NCBI GenBank assembly: GCA_050692195.1
Contig: JBOGVA010000093.1
Span: 5,459 to 69,458 of the forward strand
Length of the DNA stretch: 64,000 bases
From: Actinomycetota bacterium
GTDB taxonomy: Bacteria; Actinomycetota; UBA4738
Direction: 5' to 3'
Made by a program: the position numbers and the translations under genes. Shown here one piece after another: positions 22,666-32,637 of this stretch (position 1 is its first letter; every line of letters starts with the position of its first letter). The notes beneath the pieces are model-generated. The model saw only the letters and a list, made by a program, of their open reading frames with translations, was not told the origin of the DNA and searched no databases.

Positions 22666-22695
22666 TTGACGATGCCGCGAATCCCCAGGTAAACT
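22666..22695 (+). promoter_or_regulatory. Candidate promoter for rplM-rpsI
   Basis: TTGACG at 22666-22671, an 18-nt spacer, then TAAACT at 22690-22695. Confidence 0.35.
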
Positions 22696-22737
22696 CCCCC
22701 GTCGGCCGGTTCCGGCCGCTCGCCTCATCAAGGACCA

Positions 22738-23559
22738 ATGAAGACCTTCTCGCCGAGACCGCATGACATCGTGCGTCGCTGGTACGTCGTCGACGCCAAT
22801 GGCGCCGTGCTCGGCCGCCTGGCGTCGGAGGTGGCGAAGATCCTCCGGGGCAAGCACAAGCCGATCTTCTCGCCGCATATGGACACCGGCGACCACGTCG
22901 TCGTGGTCAACGCGCGCAGCGTCCGTGTCACCGGAGGGAAGGAGACGGAGAAGACCTACTACCGGCATTCGGGCTACCCGGGAGGCCTTCGGGAGATCGG
23001 GTACGCCAGGCTATTGGCGGAGCGGCCGGTCCTCGCTGTGGAGAAGGCCATCCGGGGGATGCTCCCGAAGAACCGGCTGGGCCGGCAGATGTTCCGGAAG
23101 CTGTCGGTATACGAGGGAGCCGAGCACCCCCATCAAGCCCAGAAGCCGTCGGCCCTCAGGCTGGGCGAGATTCCCAAGTGGGAAGGGCTGCCCGAGCGCG
23201 AAGCCGCTCGCCCGCCCGAGCCGGCGTCAAGCGGCCGGGCCCGTGGGAGAGGTGAGTCGGCCGCCGCGACGGAGCAAGCCGAACGAAGGAAGCCAGCCAA
23301 GAGGCCGTCTGCCAAGAGGCCTTCGGCCAAGCGAGCTTCGGCCAAGCGAGCTTCGGCCAAGAGCGCTTCCGGCGGCGCCACGGCCAAGAGCGCTCCAGCC
23401 AGGGGACGACCGGCCAGGAGATCCGCACCGAAGACCTCCTCGGCGAAGAGCCGGGCGACACCCCGGCGGGCGGCCAGGACCGCGGCCAAGTCCGAGAAGG
23501 TCGCCGAGAGCAAGAGGAGCTCCTCCACCCAGCGTTCCAAATCGAAGAAGGAGTCGTGA
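22738..23559 (+). CDS. rplM: 50S ribosomal protein L13 with a Lys/Ala/Ser/Pro/Arg-rich C-terminal tail of about 125 aa
   Basis: The L13 core reads [42 protein letters not shown]... The tail contains [25 protein letters not shown]... Confidence 0.92.
   Translation: MKTFSPRPHDIVRRWYVVDANGAVLGRLASEVAKILRGKHKPIFSPHMDTGDHVVVVNARSVRVTGGKETEKTYYRHSGYPGGLREIGYARLLAERPVLAVEKAIRGMLPKNRLGRQMFRKLSVYEGAEHPHQAQKPSALRLGEIPKWEGLPEREAARPPEPASSGRARGRGESAAATEQAERRKPAKRPSAKRPSAKRASAKRASAKSASGGATAKSAPARGRPARRSAPKTSSAKSRATPRRAARTAAKSEKVAESKRSSSTQRSKSKKES
23296..23370 (+). repeat. Five tandem 15-nt in-frame repeats (GCCAAGMGNSCNTCN) inside the rplM tail
   Basis: The copies are gccaagaggccgtct, gccaagaggccttcg, gccaagcgagcttcg, gccaagcgagcttcg and gccaagagcgcttcc. 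A further related copy lies at 23383-23397. Confidence 0.9.
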
Positions 23560-23963
23560 TGGCAGAGGTCAGAAGCTCCGGGGTCGCGATGGGCACCGGC
23601 CGGCGCAAGGAGGCGGTGGTTCGGATACGGCTGGTGGAGGGCACGGGCAAGATCTTGCTCAACGGCCGTGCGCTCGAGGATTACTTCCCGTCGCGGGCCC
23701 ACCGTATGATCGTCACGTCTCCGCTGCGGCTGGCCGGCCGAGAGAAGGATTTCGACGTCATCGCCCGGCTCGACGGCGGCGGCGTCTCCGGGCAGGCCGG
23801 AGCACTTCGCCACAGCATCGCGCGGGCGCTCATCGACTACGACCCCGAGCTTCGCCCCCAGCTCAAGAAAGAGGGATTCCTGACGCGGGATGCTCGTGAG
23901 AAGGAGCGCCGGAAGTACGGCCTGAAGAAGGCTCGCAAGGCTCCGCAGTACTCGAAGCGCTAA
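23556..23963 (+). CDS. rpsI: 30S ribosomal protein S9
   Basis: ...[33 protein letters not shown]...[17 protein letters not shown]. Confidence 0.96.
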   Translation: MMAEVRSSGVAMGTGRRKEAVVRIRLVEGTGKILLNGRALEDYFPSRAHRMIVTSPLRLAGREKDFDVIARLDGGGVSGQAGALRHSIARALIDYDPELRPQLKKEGFLTRDAREKERRKYGLKKARKAPQYSKR

Positions 23964-24220
23964 TTGTCTCTGGCATTCCCTGCGGCGTCGGCTGCGTCGT
24001 GGCCGGCCTCCTCCAAGAGGGCCTTGGCCTGCGCAACCGATTCCTCGGGGATCCACAGGTCGACGGGGCCCATCCGGTAGGGTCCTTCGCTCTCGCCCTT
24101 GAGCATCACGTGGATGCCTTCTGACTCCAGCAGACCCTTGACCAAGTGTCCTTCCGGGATGGTCGGTGCGGTGAAGAACAGCACCATGCGGGAGGCCGAA
24201 GATGGGTCGGGGTGTCCCAT
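23960..24220 (-). CDS. Small DUF2007-like (putative signal-transducing) protein
   Basis: 86 aa: ...[60 protein letters not shown]... The family assignment is from memory of the motif pattern. The gene is convergent with rpsI and overlaps it by 4 nt. Confidence 0.55.
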   Translation of the reverse strand: MGHPDPSSASRMVLFFTAPTIPEGHLVKGLLESEGIHVMLKGESEGPYRMGPVDLWIPEESVAQAKALLEEAGHDAADAAGNARDN

Positions 24221-24246
24221 ATCGATGCCCGTAAGATAGCCGAACC

Positions 24247-25590
24247 ATGGGCCGGCTGTTCGGGACGGACGGGGTCAGGGGCGTCGCCAACCGGGACCTG
24301 ACGGGGGAGCTGGCCTACCGGCTCGGTCGGGCCGCGGTGGTCGTGCTGGCCGAGAGCGGTAAGAGCCGGCCCCTCATCGCCGTTGGGCGGGACACACGCG
24401 CCTCGGGCGAATTCCTGGAGGCGGCGCTGGCCGCGGGCATCTGCTCCGCAGGTGGCGACGCCGTTCTCCTGGGAGTCTGCACGACCCCCGGGGTAGCCTT
24501 CCTGACCCAGGATCTGGAGGCCCAAGCCGGCGCAGTCATCTCCGCCTCCCACAACCCCGCCGAGTACAACGGGATCAAGTTTTTCGGATCGGGCGGCTAC
24601 AAGCTCCCCGACGAGGCGGAGTTGGAGATCGAGCGGATCGTCGAGGGCGATCTGGGCCCGCGTCCTGCGGGCCGCGGCGTCGGGCGAATCGTTGTCGCGA
24701 GGGATGCCGGAGAACGCTACATCGCGCACCTCGCCGAGACGGCGAACGGCTCGCTCGAGGGTTTGCGGATCGTGGTGGACTGCGCGAACGGGGCCGCTTC
24801 GGGCGTGGCTCCAGATCTGCTGCGGCGACTGGGCGCCGAAGTCGTCCCCATCAATGCCGAACCCGACGGCTGGAACATCAACCAGGGGTGCGGGTCGACG
24901 GTGCCTCAGGTGGCCGGCCTGGCGGTCGTGAAGGAGGACGCCGATGTCGGCGTGGCCCACGACGGGGATGCCGATCGGGTCATGTTCGCCGATCACGACG
25001 GCAACGTGATCGACGGTGATCAGGTGCTCGCGGCGTGTGCCCGCGCCATGCATGAGGTGGGCGAGCTCGCCCAGAACACGGTGGTGACGACGGTCATGGC
25101 CAACCTTGGGTTCCGCCTCGCCATGCAGGAGGCCGGCATCGAAGTGGTCGAGACCAAGGTCGGGGACCGGTACGTGCTGGAGGAGATGTTGCGAACGGGC
25201 GCCATGCTTGGTGGCGAGCAGTCCGGACACCTGATCTTCCTGCGCCACGCCACCACCGGCGACGGGCTGCTCACCGCCGTCCAGTTCCTGACGCTGGCCC
25301 AGCGCAAGGGGATCCCGGTGGCCGAGCTGGCCTCCGCCATGAAGAGATTCCCGCAGGTCCTGGTGAACGTCTCGGTCCCCAACCCGAACAGCCTGGACGA
25401 CTCGAGGCCCGTGTGGGAGGCGGTAGCGAAGGCCGAGGAGGCGCTCGGGGGCGCTGGCAGGGTACTGGTCAGGGCCTCCGGCACGGAGCCGCTCATCCGG
25501 GTGATGGTGGAGGCCGCCACCGAGGAGGAGGCGCGAAACCAAGCGGAGGCCATCTCGTCGGTCGTCCAGGGTCTCCTCGGCCGTTCCTGA
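24247..25590 (+). CDS. glmM: Phosphoglucosamine mutase
   Basis: MGRLFGTDGVRGVAN...ISASHNPAEYNGIKF...DGDADR... Confidence 0.96.
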   Translation: MGRLFGTDGVRGVANRDLTGELAYRLGRAAVVVLAESGKSRPLIAVGRDTRASGEFLEAALAAGICSAGGDAVLLGVCTTPGVAFLTQDLEAQAGAVISASHNPAEYNGIKFFGSGGYKLPDEAELEIERIVEGDLGPRPAGRGVGRIVVARDAGERYIAHLAETANGSLEGLRIVVDCANGAASGVAPDLLRRLGAEVVPINAEPDGWNINQGCGSTVPQVAGLAVVKEDADVGVAHDGDADRVMFADHDGNVIDGDQVLAACARAMHEVGELAQNTVVTTVMANLGFRLAMQEAGIEVVETKVGDRYVLEEMLRTGAMLGGEQSGHLIFLRHATTGDGLLTAVQFLTLAQRKGIPVAELASAMKRFPQVLVNVSVPNPNSLDDSRPVWEAVAKAEEALGGAGRVLVRASGTEPLIRVMVEAATEEEARNQAEAISSVVQGLLGRS

Positions 25591-25623
25591 ATCGGGTTTG
25601 CTCGCTGCTACGATTGACCTCTC

Positions 25624-27450
25624 ATGTGCGGAATCGTCGGCTATGTGGGTCCTGACCAGGCCCTTCCCATTCTGATCGAGGGGCTGCGCCGCCTGGAGTA
25701 CCGCGGCTACGACTCGGCCGGCGTGGCGGTGATGGACGGTGGCCTGACCGTCGTGAAGCGCGCCGGGAAGCTCTCGGAGCTCGTGGCCGCGCTCGAGGAG
25801 CGTGGAACGGTCACGGGCCGCATCGGGATGGGCCACACGCGGTGGGCCACCCACGGGCCCCCCACCGACCGCAACGCGCATCCACATGTGGACTGCTCCG
25901 GCCGGATCGCGGTGATCCACAACGGGATCATCGAAAACTTCCAGGTCCTCAAGGAACGCCTGGCCAAGGGTGGCCACGAGTTCGTCTCGGATACCGACAC
26001 CGAAGTGGTGGCCCACCTGATCGAGGAGACGTATCAAGACGATCTCGCCGGCGCGGTGAGGGACGTCGTGCGCCAGCTCACCGGGGCGTATGCGCTGGTC
26101 GTGACCGTCGCCGACGAGCCCGGCCTGATCGTCGGGGTGAAGGTGTCTTCCCCGCTGGTGATCGGGCTTGGGCGCGGAGAGAACATCATCGCCTCCGACA
26201 TTCCGGCGGTCATGCAGCGGACCAAGACCTTCGTCCCGGTCGCCGAGAACCAGGTGGTCGAGGTGCGGGCCGAATCGGTGCGCATCACCGACCTCGAGGG
26301 GAACGAGGTTCCGATGAAGCCGCTGGAGGTGGAGTGGGACCTGGCGGCCGCCGAGAAGTCTGGTTTCGAGGACTTCATGCTCAAGGAGATCCACGAGCAG
26401 CCGGCGGCCATCCGCGACACCCTTCGTGGACGGTTCGACGCGAGGGGGCGGCTCGTTCTGGACGACCTGCGGATGCGAGAAGAGCAGATCGTAGGCGTGG
26501 ACAAGGTATTCGTGGTGGCATGCGGCACGGCGTTCCACGCGGGGCTCGTGGCCAAGTACGCCATCGAGCACGTGACCAGGCTTCCCGTGGAGATCGAGAT
26601 CGCCAGCGAGTTCCGCTATCGCGACCCCGTGCTCGATGGCGGCACGCTGACGCTCGGAATCTCGCAGTCGGGCGAGACCATCGACACACTCGAGGCCGTC
26701 CGGCACGCTCGACACCAGCAGTCCCACGTCATCGCCATCACCAACACCGTGGGTTCCTCGATCGCTCGCGAGGCCGAAGCCGTGATGTACACCCACGCTG
26801 GCCCCGAGATCGCCGTCGCCGGAACCAAGACATTCGCCACGCAGATGGTCGCGCTCCACCTCCTCGCGCTGTACCTTGCGCAGGTTCGCGGTGCGATGTA
26901 TCCCGCCGAGATCTCGGAGTACGTGGATCTGATGCGCTCCTTGCCCGATCAGGTCGCGCGCGCTCTCGAGCTGGGCGACCAGGTGAAGGAGATCGCCGGG
27001 CGATATCAGGCCGCTCGGGACTTCCTGTTCATGGGCCGCCACACGGGGTACCCGGCCGCCCTCGAGGGCGCCCTGAAGCTCAAGGAGATCTCCTACATCC
27101 ATGCCGAGGGCTACCCCGCGGGAGAGCTGAAGCACGGTCCCATCGCGCTCGTCGAGCCGGGCGTCCCTGTCGTGGCCGTCGCCACCGAGTGCCACGTGTA
27201 CCCCAAGGTGCTGTCGAACATCCAGGAGGTGAAGGCGCGGGGGGCGGAGGTGATCGCCGTGGCCACCGAGGGTGACTCCGAGATCGTGGGGCTGGCCGAC
27301 CACGTCTTGTACGTCCCCCGTACCCACGAGCTGCTCTCGCCCGTCGTGGTGACGGTCCCGCTCCAGCTGCTCGCTTACCACATCGCCAAGCTGCGCGGCT
27401 GCGACGTGGATCAACCTCGGAACCTGGCAAAGAGCGTCACCGTGGAATGA
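25624..27450 (+). CDS. glmS: Glutamine--fructose-6-phosphate aminotransferase
   Basis: MCGIVGYVG... (N-terminal nucleophile Cys), two SIS domains, C-terminal ...DVDQPRNLAKSVTVE. Confidence 0.97.
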   Translation: MCGIVGYVGPDQALPILIEGLRRLEYRGYDSAGVAVMDGGLTVVKRAGKLSELVAALEERGTVTGRIGMGHTRWATHGPPTDRNAHPHVDCSGRIAVIHNGIIENFQVLKERLAKGGHEFVSDTDTEVVAHLIEETYQDDLAGAVRDVVRQLTGAYALVVTVADEPGLIVGVKVSSPLVIGLGRGENIIASDIPAVMQRTKTFVPVAENQVVEVRAESVRITDLEGNEVPMKPLEVEWDLAAAEKSGFEDFMLKEIHEQPAAIRDTLRGRFDARGRLVLDDLRMREEQIVGVDKVFVVACGTAFHAGLVAKYAIEHVTRLPVEIEIASEFRYRDPVLDGGTLTLGISQSGETIDTLEAVRHARHQQSHVIAITNTVGSSIAREAEAVMYTHAGPEIAVAGTKTFATQMVALHLLALYLAQVRGAMYPAEISEYVDLMRSLPDQVARALELGDQVKEIAGRYQAARDFLFMGRHTGYPAALEGALKLKEISYIHAEGYPAGELKHGPIALVEPGVPVVAVATECHVYPKVLSNIQEVKARGAEVIAVATEGDSEIVGLADHVLYVPRTHELLSPVVVTVPLQLLAYHIAKLRGCDVDQPRNLAKSVTVE

Positions 27451-27451
27451 A

Positions 27452-27826
27452 GTGGAGGTCGTGGGGATTGGCGTCGATCTCGTCGACGTCGAGCGAGTGC
27501 GCGGCATCCTGAGCCGGCACGCCTCCTTCGCCCGGCGGGTGTTCAGTCCCGAGGAGATCGCCTACTGCGAGCGGCAGGCCACGCCGGCCGAGGCCTACGC
27601 GGCACGGTGGGCGGCCCGCGAGGCGTGCCGGAAGGCTCTCGGCGGGATCAGGGGCATGCGCTGGCAGGACATCAGGGTCGAGCGGGCCCCCAGCGGCGCT
27701 CCCAGCCTGGTGCTTAGCGGAAGCTCACGTGCGCGCGCGGAGGCCCTCGGGGTGGCTCGGGTGCTGATCGCCCTGACCCACGAGCGGCGGATGGCCGCCG
27801 CGTTCTGCGTTGCCGTGGGGGGCTGA
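27452..27826 (+). CDS. acpS: Holo-[acyl-carrier-protein] synthase
   Basis: ...VVGIGVDLVDVERV...FSPEEIAYC...AARWAAREACRKALG...; GTG start. Confidence 0.9.
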   Translation: MEVVGIGVDLVDVERVRGILSRHASFARRVFSPEEIAYCERQATPAEAYAARWAAREACRKALGGIRGMRWQDIRVERAPSGAPSLVLSGSSRARAEALGVARVLIALTHERRMAAAFCVAVGG

Positions 27827-27827
27827 G

Positions 27828-29363
27828 ATGCTCCCCATCCTCACTCCCTCCGAGAGCGCCGCGCTTGATCGGGCCAGCGGAGAGCGCGGTGTCTCGGTCG
27901 GGGAGCTCATGGAGAACGCCGGCTGGGCCGTGGCCCGGGCCGCCACGATGATCGCTGGGGGGGCTTACGGGCGCCGGGCCGTGGTGGTGTGCGGAAAGGG
28001 AAACAACGGCGGCGACGGGCTGGTCGCGGCCAGGCACCTGGAGCGCTGGGGGATGGGAGCGAGCGTCGTCCTCATGGCTGATGCGGCGAGCCTCCGCGAC
28101 GCATCCGCCCTCAACTTTCGCCGGTTCGCCCACCGAGGCGGTCGCTGGCGGGGATACGATCCTGAGTTCCTCGATCGCGAGCTGGCCCGGTCGGACGTCG
28201 TCGTCGACGCCATCTTCGGCACGGGGTTCCGGGGATCTCCGGAGGGGGATCTGGCCGAGGCCATCCGGGCGGTCAACGGGAGCCTCGCGCCCGTCGTCGC
28301 CGTGGACATCCCCTCCGGCGTGGAGGGAGAGACCGGCGCCGTTCGGGGCGAGGCCGTTCTCGCCGACCTCACGGTGACCTTCGGCGCGCTCAAGCCGGGC
28401 GTCGTGTTCTATCCGGGCGCGGCCCACGCCGGCGAGCTCGAGGTGGCCGACATCGGGTTCCCTCCGGACCTGGTCCGAACGGATCTGTGGCTGGCGGAAC
28501 GAGGCGACATCGCCCGGCTGCTGAAGCCGCGGGGCCCGGAGAGCCACAAGCGCGCTGCGGGATGGGTGCTGGTGCTGGCCGGCTCACGGGCGATGACCGG
28601 CGCCGCCGTCCTCACCGCGACCGCCGCGTACCGCGCCGGCGCAGGACTGGTCACCCTGGCGGTCCCGGAAGGCATCTTGCCGGTCGTCGAGGGAGCCATC
28701 ACGGAGGCCACCTTCCTGCCCCTGCCGGAGACGGACGAGGGAAGCGTCTCCGAGGAGGCGTGGCCCCTGATTCGGAAGCGGCTGGGGGAAGTGCAGTCAG
28801 CGGCTGTGGGCCCCGGCCTCACCACGGAACCTTCCACGGTCGAGCTGGTCCGCCGCGTCGTGGCGGAGTCCCCCGTGCCGTTCGTGCTCGATGCCGATGG
28901 GCTGAACGCATTCGCCGGGAGGGGAGCGCTCCTGGCCGAGCGCGCATCGGACGCGCTGCTCACCCCCCATGCCGGAGAGTTCGGCCGCCTCACGGGCCTG
29001 ACCTCCGCCGAGATCCTGGAGGATCGGGTCGGGCAGGCCCGGAAGGCGGCGGCCGAGTTCCGGTGCCCGGTTCTGTTGAAGGGATCCCGGACGGTCATCG
29101 CCGAACCGGATGGCCGGGCCGTGGTGAGCCCCACGGGCGGGCCCTTCCTGGCTACGGGGGGAACGGGAGACGTGCTCATCGGGGCCATCGCCGCGTTCAT
29201 GGCCCGAGGGCTCGGTCCGGCCGACGCGGCGCTGGTCGGCGCGTACGGCCACGGTTTGGCCGGCCGGCTGGCCTCCGACGAGATGGGCGAAGGCACCGTG
29301 GCCTCCGACGTGGCGGCCCGGCTCCCCCACGTGTTGGCCCGGCTCAGCGAGGGCGACCTGTGA
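27828..29363 (+). CDS. nnr: Bifunctional NAD(P)H-hydrate epimerase / ADP-dependent dehydratase (YjeF N+C)
   Basis: ...VVCGKGNNGGDGLVAARHL... in the N-domain and ...GGTGDVLIGAIAAF... in the C-domain. ATG 27828 follows directly after the acpS stop. Confidence 0.9.
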   Translation: MLPILTPSESAALDRASGERGVSVGELMENAGWAVARAATMIAGGAYGRRAVVVCGKGNNGGDGLVAARHLERWGMGASVVLMADAASLRDASALNFRRFAHRGGRWRGYDPEFLDRELARSDVVVDAIFGTGFRGSPEGDLAEAIRAVNGSLAPVVAVDIPSGVEGETGAVRGEAVLADLTVTFGALKPGVVFYPGAAHAGELEVADIGFPPDLVRTDLWLAERGDIARLLKPRGPESHKRAAGWVLVLAGSRAMTGAAVLTATAAYRAGAGLVTLAVPEGILPVVEGAITEATFLPLPETDEGSVSEEAWPLIRKRLGEVQSAAVGPGLTTEPSTVELVRRVVAESPVPFVLDADGLNAFAGRGALLAERASDALLTPHAGEFGRLTGLTSAEILEDRVGQARKAAAEFRCPVLLKGSRTVIAEPDGRAVVSPTGGPFLATGGTGDVLIGAIAAFMARGLGPADAALVGAYGHGLAGRLASDEMGEGTVASDVAARLPHVLARLSEGDL

Positions 29364-30499
29364 TCGGGGGACTACTCGGCACTCGCGCCACGCGCCATCG
29401 CCCCACGGTTGCGGTGGTCGACCTGGACGCCATCCGCCACAACGTGCGAGCGGTGAAGCCCGAACGCTCGGAGTTCATGGCCGTGGTGAAGGCGAACGGC
29501 TACGGCCACGGCGCCGCGCCCGTGGCTCGGGCGGCGCTCGAGGCCGGAGCGACGTGGCTGGGCGTGGCCCTGGTCGAGGAAGGAGTGAGCCTGAGGGAGG
29601 CCGGGCTGGCGGCACCCATCCTTGTGCTGACGGAGTTTCCCCCCGGCTCCGAGAAGGATGCGCTGGCAGCGGGGCTCACCCCCACGCTGTACACGGACGA
29701 GGGCTTGTCGCGGCTGAGCTCCTCCGGCCGGCCCGAGGAAGCGGCTATCGGTGCGCACGTGAAGATCGACACCGGCATGCATCGCGTGGGGCTTCCGCCG
29801 GAGCGGGCCGTGGAGTACCTCCGGGCGGTCGCCGAGGCGGGGCTTCGGATCGACGGGGTCTGGACCCACCTGGCCACCGCCGAGAAGCTGGACGATCCCT
29901 TCGCGGAGCGCCAGCTCGATCGCTTCGCCGATGTGGTTCGGGGGCTGGCCGCCGCCGGGATACGTCCCCGGTACTTGCATGCCGCTAACAGCGCCGCGGC
30001 CATCGCCCGGCCATCGGCGCACCTGGACCTGGTCCGGGTGGGCCTGGCCATGTACGGGCTCACCCCCGGACCGCGGCTGGCGGGGCCGGCCGCTCTTCGG
30101 CCGGCGATGTCCCTCCGGAGCGCGGTGGCAATGGCGAAGCGGGTCGGCCCAGGAGAGGGCGTCTCCTACGGGTTGCGCTACCGGCTCGAGCGAGAGTCGA
30201 CCATCGCCACGATCCCTGTGGGCTACGCCGACGGCTACAGCCGGCTGGTGAGCGGCAGGGCGGAGGTGCTGGTCCGGGGCCGCCGATACTCGGTGGCCGG
30301 CAACGTGACGATGGACCAGGTCATGGTGGACTGCGGCAACGACCCCGTCGAAGCTGGCGACGAGGTGGTGCTGATCGGTCGGCAGGCAGGCGAGGAGATC
30401 TCGGCTGACGACGTGGCTGCCTGGATGGGCACGATCAGCTACGAGGTGATGTGCGCGGTGAGCCAGCGCATCCCACGCGAGTACGTGGGCGCCCGATGA
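29360..30499 (+). CDS. alr: Alanine racemase
   Basis: ...VVKANGYGHGA... (PLP lysine motif). GTG 29360 overlaps the nnr stop (GTGA). It lies inside track ORF 28487..30499. Confidence 0.93.
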   Translation: MIGGLLGTRATRHRPTVAVVDLDAIRHNVRAVKPERSEFMAVVKANGYGHGAAPVARAALEAGATWLGVALVEEGVSLREAGLAAPILVLTEFPPGSEKDALAAGLTPTLYTDEGLSRLSSSGRPEEAAIGAHVKIDTGMHRVGLPPERAVEYLRAVAEAGLRIDGVWTHLATAEKLDDPFAERQLDRFADVVRGLAAAGIRPRYLHAANSAAAIARPSAHLDLVRVGLAMYGLTPGPRLAGPAALRPAMSLRSAVAMAKRVGPGEGVSYGLRYRLERESTIATIPVGYADGYSRLVSGRAEVLVRGRRYSVAGNVTMDQVMVDCGNDPVEAGDEVVLIGRQAGEEISADDVAAWMGTISYEVMCAVSQRIPREYVGAR

Positions 30500-31593
30500 G
30501 ATCGGATCCCGGCAGCCGGGCTCGCACACGAACCGGCCTGCGGCGGGCGGCGCGAACGGCGATCATCGCCACAGGGGTGACCGCCGCCGCCGCGGGCGTC
30601 GGGGTGGCCGGCGAACGCTACCTGATCCGGCGAGCCCGGTCCCGGCCGGACTCCCAGCGGGGCGAGCCTCTCGGCGAGCGCCCGGGATCGGAGCGCCGGA
30701 TCGTCTCCTTCGACGGGACGGAGCTGGCCGTGAACGTGGTCGGTCCAGAAGCTGCCACGACCATGCTCTTCGTGCACGGGTTCAGCGCCGACATGACCGT
30801 GTGGCACTACCAGTGGAAGCGGTTCTCTGAGGACCACCGCTGCGTGCTGTTCGACCAGCGGGGTCACGGCCGGAGCGGACCAGCCGCCGGGGGCGACTAC
30901 TCGCTCCAGGCGCTCGGTCGCGATCTCAAGTCGGTGCTCGACGCCGAGGCCCCCACCGGACCGGTCGTCCTCATGGGCCACAGCATGGGAGGCATGTGCA
31001 TCCTGGCCCTTGCCGACGAGTTCCCGGAGGAGTTCGGGACCCGCATCTCGGCCGTGGTCCTGGCCAACACCGCCGCCGCCGACCTGGTGAGAGCCGTCCT
31101 CGGCGGCCTGGGCATCCACGCGGGGACCCTCCTCACGCGGGGAGCTCGCCGGCTGCTTGCCAACCGCGACCGGGCCTATCGCATCCGGGCCAGGGCGCTG
31201 GCGGGGAGGGGCGACCTGGCGTTCCTGCTGGCCCGGGCGACGAACTTCGGCCCGAGCGCTCCTCCCTCCATGGTCGAGTACGTGACCCGTCTGGCGGCCC
31301 GGGCTCCGGTCGAGGTGTGGACCGACCTGGTGGGAAGCCTGATCGACATGGACCTGGGGGACGCGCTCGAGAACATCACCTGCCCCGCCCTCGTCATCGT
31401 GGGGGACGTCGACAGGCTGACGCCCCCCTCCTCGGCTCTGGCCCTGAAGCGACGCCTCCCGGATGCCAGGATGGTCGTGCTGAAGGGATCCGGCCACTGC
31501 TCATTGCTCGAGCGCCATGCCCAGTTCAACGAAGCGATCGAGCGCTTCATCCATCAAGCTCTCGAACGCCGGCCGCACCGGGCTCCAGCTTGA
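30496..31593 (+). CDS. Membrane-anchored alpha/beta-fold hydrolase
   Basis: ATGA overlap with alr. N-terminal TM segment (AIIATGVTAAAAGVGVAG), HGF oxyanion motif, GHSMGG nucleophile elbow, and a C-terminal GSGHCSLLE motif. Confidence 0.8.
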   Translation: MRSDPGSRARTRTGLRRAARTAIIATGVTAAAAGVGVAGERYLIRRARSRPDSQRGEPLGERPGSERRIVSFDGTELAVNVVGPEAATTMLFVHGFSADMTVWHYQWKRFSEDHRCVLFDQRGHGRSGPAAGGDYSLQALGRDLKSVLDAEAPTGPVVLMGHSMGGMCILALADEFPEEFGTRISAVVLANTAAADLVRAVLGGLGIHAGTLLTRGARRLLANRDRAYRIRARALAGRGDLAFLLARATNFGPSAPPSMVEYVTRLAARAPVEVWTDLVGSLIDMDLGDALENITCPALVIVGDVDRLTPPSSALALKRRLPDARMVVLKGSGHCSLLERHAQFNEAIERFIHQALERRPHRAPA

Positions 31594-31621
31594 CGAGCAC
31601 CGGGCGCCCTGGGGCATCCCC

Positions 31622-32545
31622 ATGATCACCCTGGTGGCCGGTATCCGGGTGGGGAACTGGACCGACCCGGTAGGGCTGACCGGATGCACGGTCGTCCTCT
31701 GCCCTCCCGGCACCGTCGGGTCGGGCGAGGTGCGGGGAGGGGCTCCGGGGACCCGTGAGACCGACCTCCTGCGGCCGGGGATGCTCGTGCACGAGGTGCA
31801 TGCCGTACTGCTGACCGGTGGGAGCGCGTTCGGCCTGGCCGCCGCGGACGGCGTCATGAGGTATCTGGAGGAGCAGGGGATCGGGTTCGACGCGCGAGTG
31901 GCGAGGGTCCCCATCGTGCCGGCCGCCGTGCTGTTCGACCTCGGCGTGGGCGATCCGTCGGCCCGCCCCGGCCCCGATCAGGGCTACCAGGCATGCGTTG
32001 CCGCGGGCGAGGAGGTGGCCGAGGGGAACGTGGGGGCAGGGACCGGGGCGACGGTGGCCAAGCTCCATGGGCGGGACGGCGCGGTGAAGGGTGGCCTCGG
32101 AAGCGCTTCGGCCCAAGAAGGCGCCGTGGTCGTGGGCGCGCTCGCGGCTGTGAACGCGTACGGCGAGGTGCTCGGAGAGGACGGCGATGTGCTGGCCGGC
32201 TCGCGTGCGCCGGGGGACCTGGCCGACGCGGCTGCGGACCCTTGGGATCCGGGCCCGACGAACACCACGCTCGTCGCGGTGGCCACCAACGCTCGCCTCT
32301 CCAGGGAACGGGCCCACCTGCTCGCCAAAGCAGCCCACGACGGCATGGCCAGGGCGATCAGCCCGTCGCACACGACGTGGGACGGGGATGCCGTCTTCGC
32401 CCTCGCCACGGGCGAGGTGGAAGCCGATCAGCGGACCGTCGAGCAGCTCGCCGAGGCGGTGGTCGCCGATGCCATCCGCCGCGGGGTCCTCGCCGCCGAA
32501 TCGGTGGGGGGCGTCCCGGCCGCTCATCCCGACCGGAGGCTGTGA
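31622..32545 (+). CDS. P1/S58 (DmpA-like) family peptidase
   Basis: MITLVAGIRVGNWTDPVGLTGCTVVLCPPGTVGSGEVRGGAPGTRETDLL...TNTTLVAVATNA... Confidence 0.75.
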   Translation: MITLVAGIRVGNWTDPVGLTGCTVVLCPPGTVGSGEVRGGAPGTRETDLLRPGMLVHEVHAVLLTGGSAFGLAAADGVMRYLEEQGIGFDARVARVPIVPAAVLFDLGVGDPSARPGPDQGYQACVAAGEEVAEGNVGAGTGATVAKLHGRDGAVKGGLGSASAQEGAVVVGALAAVNAYGEVLGEDGDVLAGSRAPGDLADAAADPWDPGPTNTTLVAVATNARLSRERAHLLAKAAHDGMARAISPSHTTWDGDAVFALATGEVEADQRTVEQLAEAVVADAIRRGVLAAESVGGVPAAHPDRRL

Positions 32546-32637
32546 TGCCGTCCGGCCCGGCCATAGAATGAACACGGGCGCCACCGGGATGGCGCCTTGG
32601 GTTCGGGACTTCCCCCCGGCAAGGGAAGGAAACGATC

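Noticed and set aside
23296-23397. Tandem repeats as a possible CRISPR or VNTR locus
   Set aside because: The repeats are 15-nt units in frame within rplM, with no spacers. They are a coding low-complexity repeat, not a CRISPR array. I saw no CRISPR-like array elsewhere in the window.
25591-25623. Possible glmS ribozyme upstream of glmS
   Set aside because: The glmM-glmS spacer is only 33 nt, far too short for the ribozyme.
24106-27507. 1,133-aa ORF on the minus strand
   Set aside because: It lies antisense to the unmistakable glmM and glmS genes. Its translation is Arg/Gly/Pro/His-rich low-complexity sequence with no motifs. Long antisense ORFs are expected in high-GC DNA because stop codons are rare.
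28487-29359. N-terminal 291 codons of track ORF 28487..30499
   Set aside because: This stretch overlaps the nnr coding frame and translates to Arg/Gly/Pro low-complexity sequence. Recognisable alanine racemase sequence begins at GTG 29360, which overlaps the nnr stop.
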